Source: an uncultured Clostridia bacterium
GTDB lineage: Bacteria > Acidobacteriota > Blastocatellia > UBA7656 > JADIYM01
NCBI GenBank assembly: GCA_964641945.1
Contig: CAZXLQ010000002.1
Location: 1-57,323, forward strand
Direction of reading: 5' to 3'
Length of the DNA: 57,323 nucleotides
In this document: piece after piece, positions 43,940 through 53,259 of the stretch
How the letters are laid out: each line of letters starts with the position of its first letter
Position numbering within the stretch: the first letter of the stretch is position 1
Translations under genes and position numbers: made by a program
The notes under the pieces: generated by a model
The model's input: the letters and a program-made list of their open reading frames with translations, nothing else
Told to the model about the DNA's origin: nothing
Database searches by the model: none

Positions 43940-44632
43940 ATGCGAGTTCTCGTTGTCGAAGACCAGAAAAACGTCGCACGCTTTCTCGCAAAGGGTCTGC
44001 GCGAACAGGCCTATGCCGTCGATGTCGCCAGAGATGGCCTGGACGGGTTCGCCATGGCCGATGCCACGCAATACGACATCATCATCCTCGACCTCATGTT
44101 GCCCGGAATCGACGGCTTCGAAGTCTGCCGGCGCCTTCGCGCCCGTGGCTCGGAAACGCCGATCCTGATGCTCACGGCTCGGGACGATCTGAGCTCGAGA
44201 GTCGAGGGCCTCGATACGGGAGCGGATGACTACCTGACGAAGCCGTTCGATTTCGACGAGTTGCTCGCTCGAATGCGCGCCCTGCTGCGCCGAGGGTCTC
44301 GCGAGTACCGGCCGCCGTCGATCTCGGTCTCAGACCTCGAGCTCGATACGACAACGCACGGAGTTCGGCGCGCGGGGCGCGAGATTGCGCTCACCGCGAA
44401 GGAGTTCGCCCTGATCGAATACTTCCTGCGTCATCCTGGACGGCCGATCAGCCGGGTCGAGATCGCAGAGAACGTGTGGGACGAGTCGTTCGATCCGTTT
44501 TCGAACACGATCGAGGTCTACATTGCGCGCCTCCGAAAGAAGATCGACGGAGAGTCTGCCGTGAAGCTCATTCACACCCGACGCGGCGTTGGCTACGTGC
44601 TCGAGCCACGCGGCGAGGCGGAGGAGGCGTGA
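43940..44632 (+). CDS. OmpR/PhoB-family response regulator (CusR/CopR-like)
   Basis: Start at MRVLVVEDQKNVARFLAKGL. The REC domain has DLMLPGIDG. The winged-helix C-terminus is LTAKEFALIEYFLRHPGRPISR...IEVYIARLRKKI...IHTRRGVGY. Confidence 0.9.
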   Translation: MRVLVVEDQKNVARFLAKGLREQAYAVDVARDGLDGFAMADATQYDIIILDLMLPGIDGFEVCRRLRARGSETPILMLTARDDLSSRVEGLDTGADDYLTKPFDFDELLARMRALLRRGSREYRPPSISVSDLELDTTTHGVRRAGREIALTAKEFALIEYFLRHPGRPISRVEIAENVWDESFDPFSNTIEVYIARLRKKIDGESAVKLIHTRRGVGYVLEPRGEAEEA

Positions 44633-46167
44633 CGGCGCGTCGCGCCGGTCTCTTCGGCACCATTCGAGCGCGCCTCGTCGCGCTCAGTGTCGGGGTGCTC
44701 GCCGTCTCACTCGCACTCTTCGGCTACTTCTCGTACGCCGTGTTCTCGTACTCGCTCTGGCAACGCCACGACGCGGGACTCGAGGCGACGGTCGACACGG
44801 TTGCAACCGCATTCGAGACGGGCATCAGGGTCGAGAAGGGCGACGAGCTCGAAGCGGCGCACCACATGCTCAACGAGCTGAGGTTCCCGAGCCGCAGGAT
44901 TGGCGTGTACACGCTCGACGGCAAGCCCTTCCCTCGCGAGCGCTCGAAACCCGACGACCCGCACCACGCACACGGACCCGAGGTCGATCTTTCGGAGTCT
45001 GAGATCGTTTCGCTCGTCCGCGAGTACGGCCTCGACGAAAGTCTCGGCAAGGCCGTTTTGCTCACGCGCGAAAAGGAACACGGCGCGGTGCGGATATGCC
45101 TGGAAGGGTTTGGTTCGACGACGGGCAGCAGGTACGTGATCGTGGTGGAGGAATCGAACGCGGACGTTGCGGCGACGATCGCGCTGCTCCGGAATGCGCT
45201 CGCCGTCGCCGTGCCGTTCTTCCTCATCGTTGCGTGTGTGGCCGGCTGGTTTCTCGCCGAGCGCAGCCTCGCACCGATTGCCGCGATGTCGGAGCGCGCC
45301 CGGACGATTGGTGAGACGAATCTCGATGCCAGGCTGCCCGTTGCGAACGAACGAGACGAGCTCGGCGAGCTCGCTCTCGTCTTCAACGAGCTGCTCGACC
45401 GGCTCGAGCGCGCGTTCGGCCAGCTCGAACAGGCCTACGGCCAGATGCGGCAGTTCATCGCCGACGCCTCGCACGAGCTCCGGTCACCGTTGGCGGCGGT
45501 TCGCGGCGAAGTACAGGTTGCGCTCAAGCGTCCCCGCGACGAGGCCGAGTACCGCGAATCGCTCGACGTCATCCACGACGAAGCGAGACACATGTCGAGG
45601 ATCGTGGAGGATCTGTTCATGCTCGCCCGCGCAGACGCCGGCGAGCGTGTGGTCAATCGCGTTCCCCTCTATCTCGACGAGCTCGTCGTCGAGTGCTGTC
45701 GCATCGTTCGACCTTTGGCTGAAGAGCGTGGCGTTGCATTCACGGTGGAGCCGGTCAATGGCGAGATCGAGGTCGTTGGCGACGAGGTGCTCCTGCGCCG
45801 GGCGGTATTGAACCTGCTCGACAACGCCGTGAAATACACGGAGTCAGGCGGGGCGGTCCGCGTCGCCGTGATTCGCGATGATGACGATGTCAGGGTAGAC
45901 GTCTCGGACACAGGCGTCGGGGTACTTCCCGAGGATGTCGAGCGGATTTTCGAGCGCTTCTATCGCGTCGACAAGGCTCGTTCACGCTCGGACGGCGGCG
46001 CTGGCCTCGGGCTCTCGATTGTCCGCTGGGCCGTCGAGGCCCATGGCGGTTCCGTTTCGGTTCAGAGCGAACTCGGCCGCGGCAGTACCTTCTCGATCCG
46101 GTTGCCTGTCGATCCGGCGCCGCGACATGGCCCAACCAAGATCAAGGAGACGATGGCGGACGCGTAG
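44629..46167 (+). CDS. Sensor histidine kinase (CusS/CopS-like: TM-periplasmic-TM-HAMP-HisKA-HATPase)
   Basis: GTG start overlaps the regulator stop (GTGA). The H-box is FIADASHELRSPLAAV, and the N and G boxes are LLDNAVKYT, DTGVGV and GGAGLGLSIV. Confidence 0.85.
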   Translation: MTARRAGLFGTIRARLVALSVGVLAVSLALFGYFSYAVFSYSLWQRHDAGLEATVDTVATAFETGIRVEKGDELEAAHHMLNELRFPSRRIGVYTLDGKPFPRERSKPDDPHHAHGPEVDLSESEIVSLVREYGLDESLGKAVLLTREKEHGAVRICLEGFGSTTGSRYVIVVEESNADVAATIALLRNALAVAVPFFLIVACVAGWFLAERSLAPIAAMSERARTIGETNLDARLPVANERDELGELALVFNELLDRLERAFGQLEQAYGQMRQFIADASHELRSPLAAVRGEVQVALKRPRDEAEYRESLDVIHDEARHMSRIVEDLFMLARADAGERVVNRVPLYLDELVVECCRIVRPLAEERGVAFTVEPVNGEIEVVGDEVLLRRAVLNLLDNAVKYTESGGAVRVAVIRDDDDVRVDVSDTGVGVLPEDVERIFERFYRVDKARSRSDGGAGLGLSIVRWAVEAHGGSVSVQSELGRGSTFSIRLPVDPAPRHGPTKIKETMADA

Positions 46168-46229
46168 GCGCGGACGGCGCCCAGTCTATCCACGGCGCGT
46201 GTTCGAGAGCAGCGTGCCACTCACGTAAG

Positions 46230-46324
46230 GATCAGAACCGGGAGCGGTAGCGACCGGGTGGTCATCAAAGCTCACCTCGTCCGGCCACACGACGACCCGG
46301 TCGCTACCGCTCCCGGTTCTGATC
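46230..46324. repeat. 29-bp perfect inverted repeat (long GC-rich hairpin, 37-nt spacer) between convergent genes
   Basis: GATCAGAACCGGGAGCGGTAGCGACCGGG at 46230-46258 is the exact reverse complement of 46296-46324. Confidence 0.8.
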
Positions 46325-46444
46325 TGGAGACGCGTGGACGGCTCCACCATGCGTGCCTCATTAGGACCGCAACCTTGTCATTGCAGCGAGGATCATCTTC
46401 TTCGACGGAGACTGGAGGAGGGCGCCGCCCTCCCGGTAGAGACG

Positions 46445-46771
46445 TCAGCCGAAACTCGACGGCCGCTTCTCGACCTCCGGTCCCTCGACGTCGATGCCAT
46501 CAATCACGACGCTCGGCGAGCCGTGAAACTTGAGGCGCTCCGACGCCGCGAGACTGCGCACGACAACGACGCGAATTCTCACCTTCCGGTCGAGTTCGCG
46601 CCCGCATTCTTTGACGGTCGCGACCGCGTCCTTCCACGCTCCGCATTCACCCGACCTGTAGACGACGACGTCGACCGGCCCGGTGCGGGGTCCAGGTCCG
46701 GATCCGACGTCGGCACCCGCCGGCAACGGATCGGCGCCAGAGGCCCCGGCAGAGAACAGAACAAGGAACAT
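46445..46771 (-). CDS. Secreted thioredoxin-fold-like protein lacking the canonical CxxC
   Basis: Start at MFLVLFSAGASGA. The sequence VDVVVYRSGECGAWKDAVATVKECG...VVVVRSLAASERLKFHGSPSVVIDGIDVEGP matches the pattern V.VLY..GCP......EA..L.F.GSPT..V.G.D. seen in small Trx-like proteins of mer/ars/cop loci. Confidence 0.5.
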   Translation of the reverse strand: MFLVLFSAGASGADPLPAGADVGSGPGPRTGPVDVVVYRSGECGAWKDAVATVKECGRELDRKVRIRVVVVRSLAASERLKFHGSPSVVIDGIDVEGPEVEKRPSSFG

Positions 46772-47042
46772 CCCAAGTCTCGCACCGCGCTTAGCCCACG
46801 AATCGTGAGCACATCCGCCGCCGCTTCCGGTGTCTAGTTGCGGACGACGCGAGGTCCACTGCGTCAAAGTCTCGCTCTGGGCGTGGTCTGGCACGATTTG
46901 TTTTCTCCGTGTCACGAGGTGGAACTGCAGAAGCTACCATCCGTAGCAGCGCTGTCCATAGGTCTCCGAAGTTTGCCGGGCGCATGATCCCGCTCGATTG
47001 TTCGAGAAGGATCACCGTGCTACCGTTTTCGCGTTGGAATCC

Positions 47043-47447
47043 ATGACTACCTGTTCCCCACGTTCTGAATGGTCTCGTGCGACTCTGCACGGCTGGCTCG
47101 CAATCGTCTTGCTCGTGATTGCGGTCGTCGATCTCGGCACGACCCTTCCATGCTGCGCCGAGGACTTCGGACTCCCGGTATGCGCCGCTGACTCGGGAAG
47201 CCCGATCGCAGCCGGACGTGGATTCGAGCAGGCGCACGAGCAAGAGTGTCTGCCGTCCTCGGACGAGAGGTCGACGGATCATCCTGTCACCGATTCGGAT
47301 GGCTGCTTCTGTTGCGCGCTCGGAACGCTTGCCATACTGCCGGCCGCCGAACAGCCTTCCGAATTCAAGCCGGCACTCGAGCCTCGTGCCGTGACTCTCC
47401 CGACTTCGCCGCCGAGCAGTCCTTTCCGACCTCCGCGAATCGCCTGA
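47043..47447 (+). CDS. Small Cys-rich membrane-anchored protein of unknown function heading the RND3 operon
   Basis: 134 aa from the internal ATG, with a TM helix (LHGWLAIVLLVIAVVDLG). Cys clusters are LPCCAEDFGLPVC, ECLP and DGCFCCA. The C-terminus is FRPPRIA. Its GC3 is lower than the neighbours'. Confidence 0.5.
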   Translation: MTTCSPRSEWSRATLHGWLAIVLLVIAVVDLGTTLPCCAEDFGLPVCAADSGSPIAAGRGFEQAHEQECLPSSDERSTDHPVTDSDGCFCCALGTLAILPAAEQPSEFKPALEPRAVTLPTSPPSSPFRPPRIA

Positions 47448-47647
47448 CCTGAACGCGCCGTTTCGTCGGCGCCCGTGAATCGGAACCGAGACCGGTGCCG
47501 ATTCTCGTGTCGGTTGCCGGCCTGTCCTCGCGAACGGGCCGTCCGACCGTGTTTCCACGCATTTCCGGAAAGGCGATCCCATGCTCCGATATTTCAATGG
47601 CGTACACGCGCCAGCCGGGAAGCTTCGCGTCAGAAAGGATGAAACCC

Positions 47648-49096
47648 ATGACCGATAAGACCATCCCCAGGGAGGAACGAACTTCGGCTGGTCCTGCAAA
47701 CGACGGGGTCACGGATGTGGCCGTCCCGGGTCCGAACCGCCGCCGGCTCATCGGCATCGCCGCCGCAGTCGCGCTCGTCGTGTTTGTCGCCCTCTTCGCC
47801 TTCTGGCCCCGCGGGAAGACGACCGTCTCGGTGCGCGAGACGCCGCCCGTGCTCGAAGGCCACGAGGAGGGCGGCGAGCATACCGACGAGCACAGCCAGG
47901 AAGGCGTCATCGAGCTCGAGGACGGGACTGCCGAACTGATGGGCGTCGAGACCGAGGAGGCCGTGGAGGCCGGCATCGACGAGACGATCGCGACGACGGG
48001 CCGGGTGCTCGTCGCGCCGAACGCGCAGGCCATCGTCGGCGCGAAGGTCTCTGGCCGCGTCGTTCGTGTCTCGGCCGAGCCGGGGCAGGCAGTCCGTGCC
48101 GGGCAAACGCTCGTCGTCGTCGACAGCCCCGAAGTTGCCGAGTTGCGAGGTCAGCTCGCCGAGGCGCGGGCTCGCGTATCGATCGCGGAGGCGGCCGTCG
48201 CGCGTGTCGGAAAAGCCGAATCGCGGTCGGCGGCCATCCAGGCGAAGAACCGCCTGGATCTCGCCGAAACCACGGTCAACCGCAAGCGGCGACTCGTCGA
48301 GATCGGCGCCGTCGCGCGCAGCGAGCTCGAGGCGGCCGAAGCCGAGTTCCGCAACGCGAAGGCCGAATACGACTTCCAGTCCAACGTCCAGGTCGCCCGT
48401 GAGCAGTCCGAAGCGAAGGGAGAAGCCGAAGCCGTGCGCGCCACGGCCGCCCGGCTCGCCGACCAGCTTTCGGCCCTCGGCGCCTCTCCGAATGCGAAGG
48501 GTGGCCAGATCGCGCTCTCGTCGCCCGTTTCCGGCACCGTCATTGATGTGCAGGTCGTGGTCGGCGAGGCCGTGACCCCCGACAAGGCGTTGCTCACGGT
48601 GATGAACCTCTCGAATGTGATCGTCGAGGCACAGCTCCCCGAGTCGCAGGCGGCTCGGATCGGCCGTGGACGGCGCCTCGTGGCGCGCGTGCCCGGCGTA
48701 CCCGACGGCGTCTTCGAGGGGACGGTCGAGTCGATTGGCCAGATGGTCGATCCTGCGAAGCGCACGGTCCCCGTGAGGGCCCGAGTCACGAACACCCGGT
48801 CCCTGCTTCGGCACGAGATGGGTGTCGAGGTGCAGATCGCGTCCGGCGAGCGAAAGCAGGCGGTCACCGTCGCGGTGACGGCGCTCGTCGACGAGGAGGG
48901 GCTCAAGGTCGTGTACGTCAAGGAAGGCGAGCGCTACGAGCGTCGCGTCGTGACCGTCGGTGCGATCAGCTACGACCGCGCCGAGATCCTCTCAGGCGTC
49001 GAGACGGGCGAAGACGTCGTCTCGAAGGGCGCCTATCAGCTTGCCAACGCCCGCAAGGGAGGCGGCGAGGAGGGAGGGCACGACGATGACCACTGA
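47648..49096 (+). CDS. RND periplasmic adaptor (MFP) with an acidic/His-rich N-terminal periplasmic stretch
   Basis: Start at MTDKTIP, with AAAGGA 8 nt upstream; an alternative ATG lies at 47639. After the TM anchor comes EGHEEGGEHTDEHSQEG. The MFP core follows (VVVDSPEVAELRGQLAEA..., VVYVKEGERYERRVVTVG). Confidence 0.85.
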   Translation: MTDKTIPREERTSAGPANDGVTDVAVPGPNRRRLIGIAAAVALVVFVALFAFWPRGKTTVSVRETPPVLEGHEEGGEHTDEHSQEGVIELEDGTAELMGVETEEAVEAGIDETIATTGRVLVAPNAQAIVGAKVSGRVVRVSAEPGQAVRAGQTLVVVDSPEVAELRGQLAEARARVSIAEAAVARVGKAESRSAAIQAKNRLDLAETTVNRKRRLVEIGAVARSELEAAEAEFRNAKAEYDFQSNVQVAREQSEAKGEAEAVRATAARLADQLSALGASPNAKGGQIALSSPVSGTVIDVQVVVGEAVTPDKALLTVMNLSNVIVEAQLPESQAARIGRGRRLVARVPGVPDGVFEGTVESIGQMVDPAKRTVPVRARVTNTRSLLRHEMGVEVQIASGERKQAVTVAVTALVDEEGLKVVYVKEGERYERRVVTVGAISYDRAEILSGVETGEDVVSKGAYQLANARKGGGEEGGHDDDH

Positions 49097-52000
49097 CGCG
49101 CGGCGTTCTGGACTGCTCAACCTTGTCATCGAGACGTCGATCCGAAATCGGCTGATGGTCGCCTTCTCGATCGTGCTCGCCACTGCACTCGGCGTTCTCG
49201 CGTATCGAGCGCTCGAGACGGACCTGTTTCCCGACCTCTCCTCGCCCGTGATCACGGTGATCGTCGAGAACCCGGGACTCGCGGCCCAGGAGGGTGAAAC
49301 ACTCGTCGCGCGGCCCCTCGAGTCTGCATTCCGCAGCCTGCCGAACGTCGTGCGGGTGCGAAGCGAGTCGGAGGTGGGCGTCGTCACGGTTCGCACCGAG
49401 TTTCGGTTCGGCACCGATTACTACCTCGCGCGCCAGCTTCTCGCGGAGCGTCTGGCGACGGCGGCGAGGAACTTCCCGGACGGTACGGAGCCGCCGGTTC
49501 TCTCATCGGCGGCCTCCCGCCTCGGTGAGGTGATGCAGTTCTACGTCGCCCGAGAGCACGAGGAGTCAGGCGCGAAGACGCCGCTCGAGCTCACGGCACG
49601 CCCACACGACGATCGTGGCGACGAGGCCGGTGCCGAGAAGGCGCACCGCGACGAAGGCGGCGCGCCCTCCGTGGAACAGGGCGAGCACGCCGGCGACGAA
49701 CATGACGACGACAAACAGATCGGCCAAGCGGACGAGGACCTTCGCGACGCGGACTCCGGCCCGAACGCCTCACCCGCGGCGCCGGCCGGCCCGCCAGTCG
49801 ACCCGACCGCTCTCGAACGCGCGGCAGCCGAGTCGGCGGCCAACAAGGAGCTCAAGGAGACCGCCGACTACCTGATCCGGTACAAGCTCCAGACCGTCCC
49901 CGGCATCATTCGCATCACGTCGCACGGAGGCGAGCGCCGCCAGTACGAGGTCACGCTCAACCCGGAGCGAATGCGCTCGTACGATGTCTCGCTCGACGAA
50001 GTGGTCAAGGCACTCGCAGAGTCGAACGAGAACTTCTCGGGTGGATTCATCACCAGAACTGCGACCGAGATGGACGTGCGCGGGCTCGGACGTATCACCT
50101 CGCTCGAGGACGTCGGCCAGGTGGTCGTCGCCGTTCGCGACAACGTGCCCGTGCTCGTGCGCGACGTCGCCGACGTGCGCGACGGATCCGCCATCCGGCG
50201 GGGCATTGCCCGCGTCGACGGCAAGGAAGCCGTCGTCATGACGGTCGCCAAGCAGTTCGGCTCCGATACCCTGACGGTCGTCGGGAGCGCGAAGAAGGCC
50301 CTCCGCGAGCTCGAGCCGTATCTGCCGGCGGGTGTCACGACTCACGTGATGTTCGACCAATCGGAACTGATCGGTGTCGCGACCACGACACTCGAAGAGG
50401 CGCTCCTCGTCGGCGGTGTCGCCGTCGTGCTCGTCATCTTTCTCTTCCTCGGGAATGTGCGTTCGACGCTCGTCGCGGCCGTGACGATCCCGGTGGCGGT
50501 CGTGATCAGCTTCGTTTTCCTGAGGCTTGCGGGGGTTTCGCTCAACATCATGTCGCTCGGGGGCCTGGCTGTCGGGCTCGGCATCATGGTCGACGCGGCG
50601 ATCGTCGACACCGAGAACATCTTCCGCCACCTCAGGGCGCGCCCCGACGAGCCGCTCGCTGCCACACTTCGCGGCGCAAGCGAGGTCCGGCGCCCGGCTG
50701 CCTACTCGACCGCGATCATCATCGCGGTCTTCCTTCCGCTGCTGTTCCTGTCCGGGCTCGAGGGGAAGATCCTCGCGCCGTTCGCGATCACGGTCGTCGT
50801 CCTCATGGCCGTGGGCCTCGCGCTTTCGCTCACGCTCACGCCGGCGCTCTGCTACACGCTCCTGCGGAAGGTGGCGCCGAAGCTCGACGAGGAGAGCTGG
50901 CTTGCGAGGCAATGCGAGAAGGTCTACGAACCGGTCCTTCGGGCGTCGCTCAGGCGGCCGCTCGTCGCCGTCGCGAGCGCGCTCGGAATCTTCGTCCTCT
51001 CGCTCGTGAGCTTGCCGTTTCTCGGTACCGAACTGCTCCCGAAGATGGACGAAGGCGCGATCCTCGTCTCGATGAATACGCCCTCGGGCACGTCGCTTGG
51101 AGAGACGGATCGGGTCGCGTCGCAGGTGACGCGAATCCTCGAAGGCGGGCCCGACATCGCTGCCGTCATCCAGCCGGCCGGCCGGGCCGAAGGCTCAGAG
51201 GACCCGATGCCGGTCACAAATTCGGAGGTCTTCCTTCAGCTCGTCGAGCGCGAAAAGCGCGAGCACACGATTCCGGAGATCGAATCGTGGGTCCGCGAGC
51301 GGCTCGAGGCGATCCCGGGCGTCTCGGCCGAGATCACGACACCGCTGCAGATGCGCATCGACGAATCGATCTCGGGGACGTCGGCCGCGCTCGCCGTCAA
51401 GGTCTTCGGCGGCGACCTCGAGACCCTCGCCGCGAAGGGCGCCGAGGTCAAGGAGATCGTCGAGAAGGTGCCCGGCGTCGTCGACGTCAAGCTCGAGCAG
51501 CTCGAGGGCATTCCGCAAGCCATTATTGCTGTCGACCGCGCGCGAGCGGCACGTTACGGCCTGAACCCCGGCGACGTGGGCCATTCGGTCGAGGCTCTGC
51601 TCGGAGGACTCGAAGTGACGACCGTGCTCATGGACCAGCTCAAGGAGTACCCGGTCGTCGTGCGGCTGCCAGTGCAGTCGCGCGACGATCCGGCGAAGCT
51701 CGCCGGTCTGATGATCGATACGCCGACCGGCGCCAGGGTGCCGCTCTCGGACATTGCCGACGTGCGCATTCAGCGCGGTCCCGCGACGATCAAGCGCGAG
51801 GACCAGGTCCGTCGGATTCAGGTGACGATGAACGTCGAGGGGCGCGATATCGGTTCGGTCGTCGGCGACATCGAAAAGGGGCTCGCTGGACTGAGACTTC
51901 CGCCCGGGTACTTCGTGAGCTACGGCGGCGGGTACGAGCGACAGCAGGAGCTGGCAGGCCAGCTTCTGGCCGTCTTCGCCGTTTCGGCTCTTCTCGTTTT

Positions 52001-52523
52001 CATCCTGCTCTACCTGGCGTTTCGGTCGATCTGGCAGGCGCTGCTCATCGTCGCGACGATTCCCCTCGCGCTCGCCGGCGGCTTCCTGGCCCTGTGGCTG
52101 ACCGGCACGACGCTCAACGTGTCGTCACTCATCGGCCTGCTGGCTCACTTCGGCCTCTCGGTTCAGAAGGGGCTCATCATGGTCGAGTACGTGAACCAGC
52201 TGCGGTCCGAGGGACAACCGCTTCGCGAGGCGCTTTACCTCGGGGCGCGTACCCGAATGCGGCCGGTGCTGATGACGGCGGCGTCCGCGGGCCTCGGAGT
52301 CCTGCCGATCGCGATCGGGTGGGGTGCCGGGGCGGAGTTGCAGCAACCGCTGGCGATCGCGCTCATCGGGGGCCTCGTGACGTCGACGATCCTGACGCTC
52401 GTGGCACTGCCCGCGCTGTACGAAATCGGCGAAGGGTGGCACCTCCGGCTTCAATCGACGTGGAACGGATGGTCGCGAGGTGCGGGTGCCGAGCCGCCGG
52501 CGCCGGCCGCAGTTGGCGGCTAA
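49086..52523 (+). CDS. CusA/CzcA-family RND transporter (pump 3) with a ~90-aa acidic/His-rich periplasmic insertion
   Basis: Start at MTTDARRSGLLNLVIETSIRNRLMV, an 11-nt overlap with the adaptor gene. The family N-terminus is LETDLFPDLSSPVITVIVENPGLAAQEGE. The extra segment is EHEESGAK...HDDRGDEAGAEKAHRDEGG...GEHAGDEHDDDKQIGQADEDLRDADSG.... Confidence 0.9.
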   Translation: MTTDARRSGLLNLVIETSIRNRLMVAFSIVLATALGVLAYRALETDLFPDLSSPVITVIVENPGLAAQEGETLVARPLESAFRSLPNVVRVRSESEVGVVTVRTEFRFGTDYYLARQLLAERLATAARNFPDGTEPPVLSSAASRLGEVMQFYVAREHEESGAKTPLELTARPHDDRGDEAGAEKAHRDEGGAPSVEQGEHAGDEHDDDKQIGQADEDLRDADSGPNASPAAPAGPPVDPTALERAAAESAANKELKETADYLIRYKLQTVPGIIRITSHGGERRQYEVTLNPERMRSYDVSLDEVVKALAESNENFSGGFITRTATEMDVRGLGRITSLEDVGQVVVAVRDNVPVLVRDVADVRDGSAIRRGIARVDGKEAVVMTVAKQFGSDTLTVVGSAKKALRELEPYLPAGVTTHVMFDQSELIGVATTTLEEALLVGGVAVVLVIFLFLGNVRSTLVAAVTIPVAVVISFVFLRLAGVSLNIMSLGGLAVGLGIMVDAAIVDTENIFRHLRARPDEPLAATLRGASEVRRPAAYSTAIIIAVFLPLLFLSGLEGKILAPFAITVVVLMAVGLALSLTLTPALCYTLLRKVAPKLDEESWLARQCEKVYEPVLRASLRRPLVAVASALGIFVLSLVSLPFLGTELLPKMDEGAILVSMNTPSGTSLGETDRVASQVTRILEGGPDIAAVIQPAGRAEGSEDPMPVTNSEVFLQLVEREKREHTIPEIESWVRERLEAIPGVSAEITTPLQMRIDESISGTSAALAVKVFGGDLETLAAKGAEVKEIVEKVPGVVDVKLEQLEGIPQAIIAVDRARAARYGLNPGDVGHSVEALLGGLEVTTVLMDQLKEYPVVVRLPVQSRDDPAKLAGLMIDTPTGARVPLSDIADVRIQRGPATIKREDQVRRIQVTMNVEGRDIGSVVGDIEKGLAGLRLPPGYFVSYGGGYERQQELAGQLLAVFAVSALLVFILLYLAFRSIWQALLIVATIPLALAGGFLALWLTGTTLNVSSLIGLLAHFGLSVQKGLIMVEYVNQLRSEGQPLREALYLGARTRMRPVLMTAASAGLGVLPIAIGWGAGAELQQPLAIALIGGLVTSTILTLVALPALYEIGEGWHLRLQSTWNGWSRGAGAEPPAPAAVGG

Positions 52524-52551
52524 CAATCAGATCGATGGATAGGAGGAGCCT

Positions 52552-53205
52552 GTGAGCGAACAGTTCATCACGATCGGCATTTCGGACCGGGCCGCGCTCG
52601 TGCGACGTGGGCGGCGGCTCGAGTACTTCACGATTGCCTACAACAGCCTTGAAGGGCTTTTGGCAGTCTTTCTGGGTCTGCTCGCTGGCAGCATCGCGCT
52701 CGTTGGCTTTGGCTTTGACAGCGTAATCGAGGTCACCTCGGGCGCGGCACTGCTCTGGCGACTCGGTGTCGATGCAGACGCCGCGAAACGCGAGCGGGCC
52801 GAAGCGACAGCGCTCGCGGTCGTCGGCTGGTGCTTTCTCGCTCTCGCGGCTTATGTCGCCTACGATTCCATCGCGTCGCTCGTGAGGCGCGAAGCTCCTG
52901 AGGAGAGCTTCCCGGGAATCGTGCTTGCGGCGGCGTCGCTCGCGATCATGCCGCTTCTGGCACGAGCCAAGCGGCGCGTGGCGGCTGAGATCAGCAGCGG
53001 GGCGCTCACGGCCGACGCGAGGCAGACAGTGCTGTGCACGTACCTCTCTGCCATCCTGCTCGGCGGTCTGGCGCTCAACGCGCTCGCCGGCTGGTGGTGG
53101 GCGGACCCGGTCGCCGCACTCGTCATGGTGCCGATCATCGCCAAGGAGGGCGTCGACGCGCTGCGTGGCAAGAGTTGCTGCGATGACGCTGGGTGTCACT
53201 CCTGA
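52552..53205 (+). CDS. CDF-like six-TM cation transporter lacking a C-terminal cytoplasmic domain
   Basis: GTG start preceded by AGGAGGAG. The sequence LEYFTIAYNSLEGLLAV...GFGFDSVIEVTSG...TADARQTVLCTYLS resembles short cation-efflux proteins. It ends in KSCCDDAGCHS. Confidence 0.65.
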   Translation: MSEQFITIGISDRAALVRRGRRLEYFTIAYNSLEGLLAVFLGLLAGSIALVGFGFDSVIEVTSGAALLWRLGVDADAAKRERAEATALAVVGWCFLALAAYVAYDSIASLVRREAPEESFPGIVLAAASLAIMPLLARAKRRVAAEISSGALTADARQTVLCTYLSAILLGGLALNALAGWWWADPVAALVMVPIIAKEGVDALRGKSCCDDAGCHS

Positions 53206-53259
53206 ACACGCCGGAAGAGCGCCCTTGCTCGACTGTCGGTTCTCTCGTTGCAGCGTCAG

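Noticed and set aside
46888-46904. TGGCACGATTTGTTTTC upstream of the RND3 operon as another sigma54 promoter, with a GGAC-N8-GTCC dyad at about 46843-46858.
   Set aside because: The -24 half is perfect, but the near-invariant -12 GC is missing at the correct spacing. It is kept only as a note.
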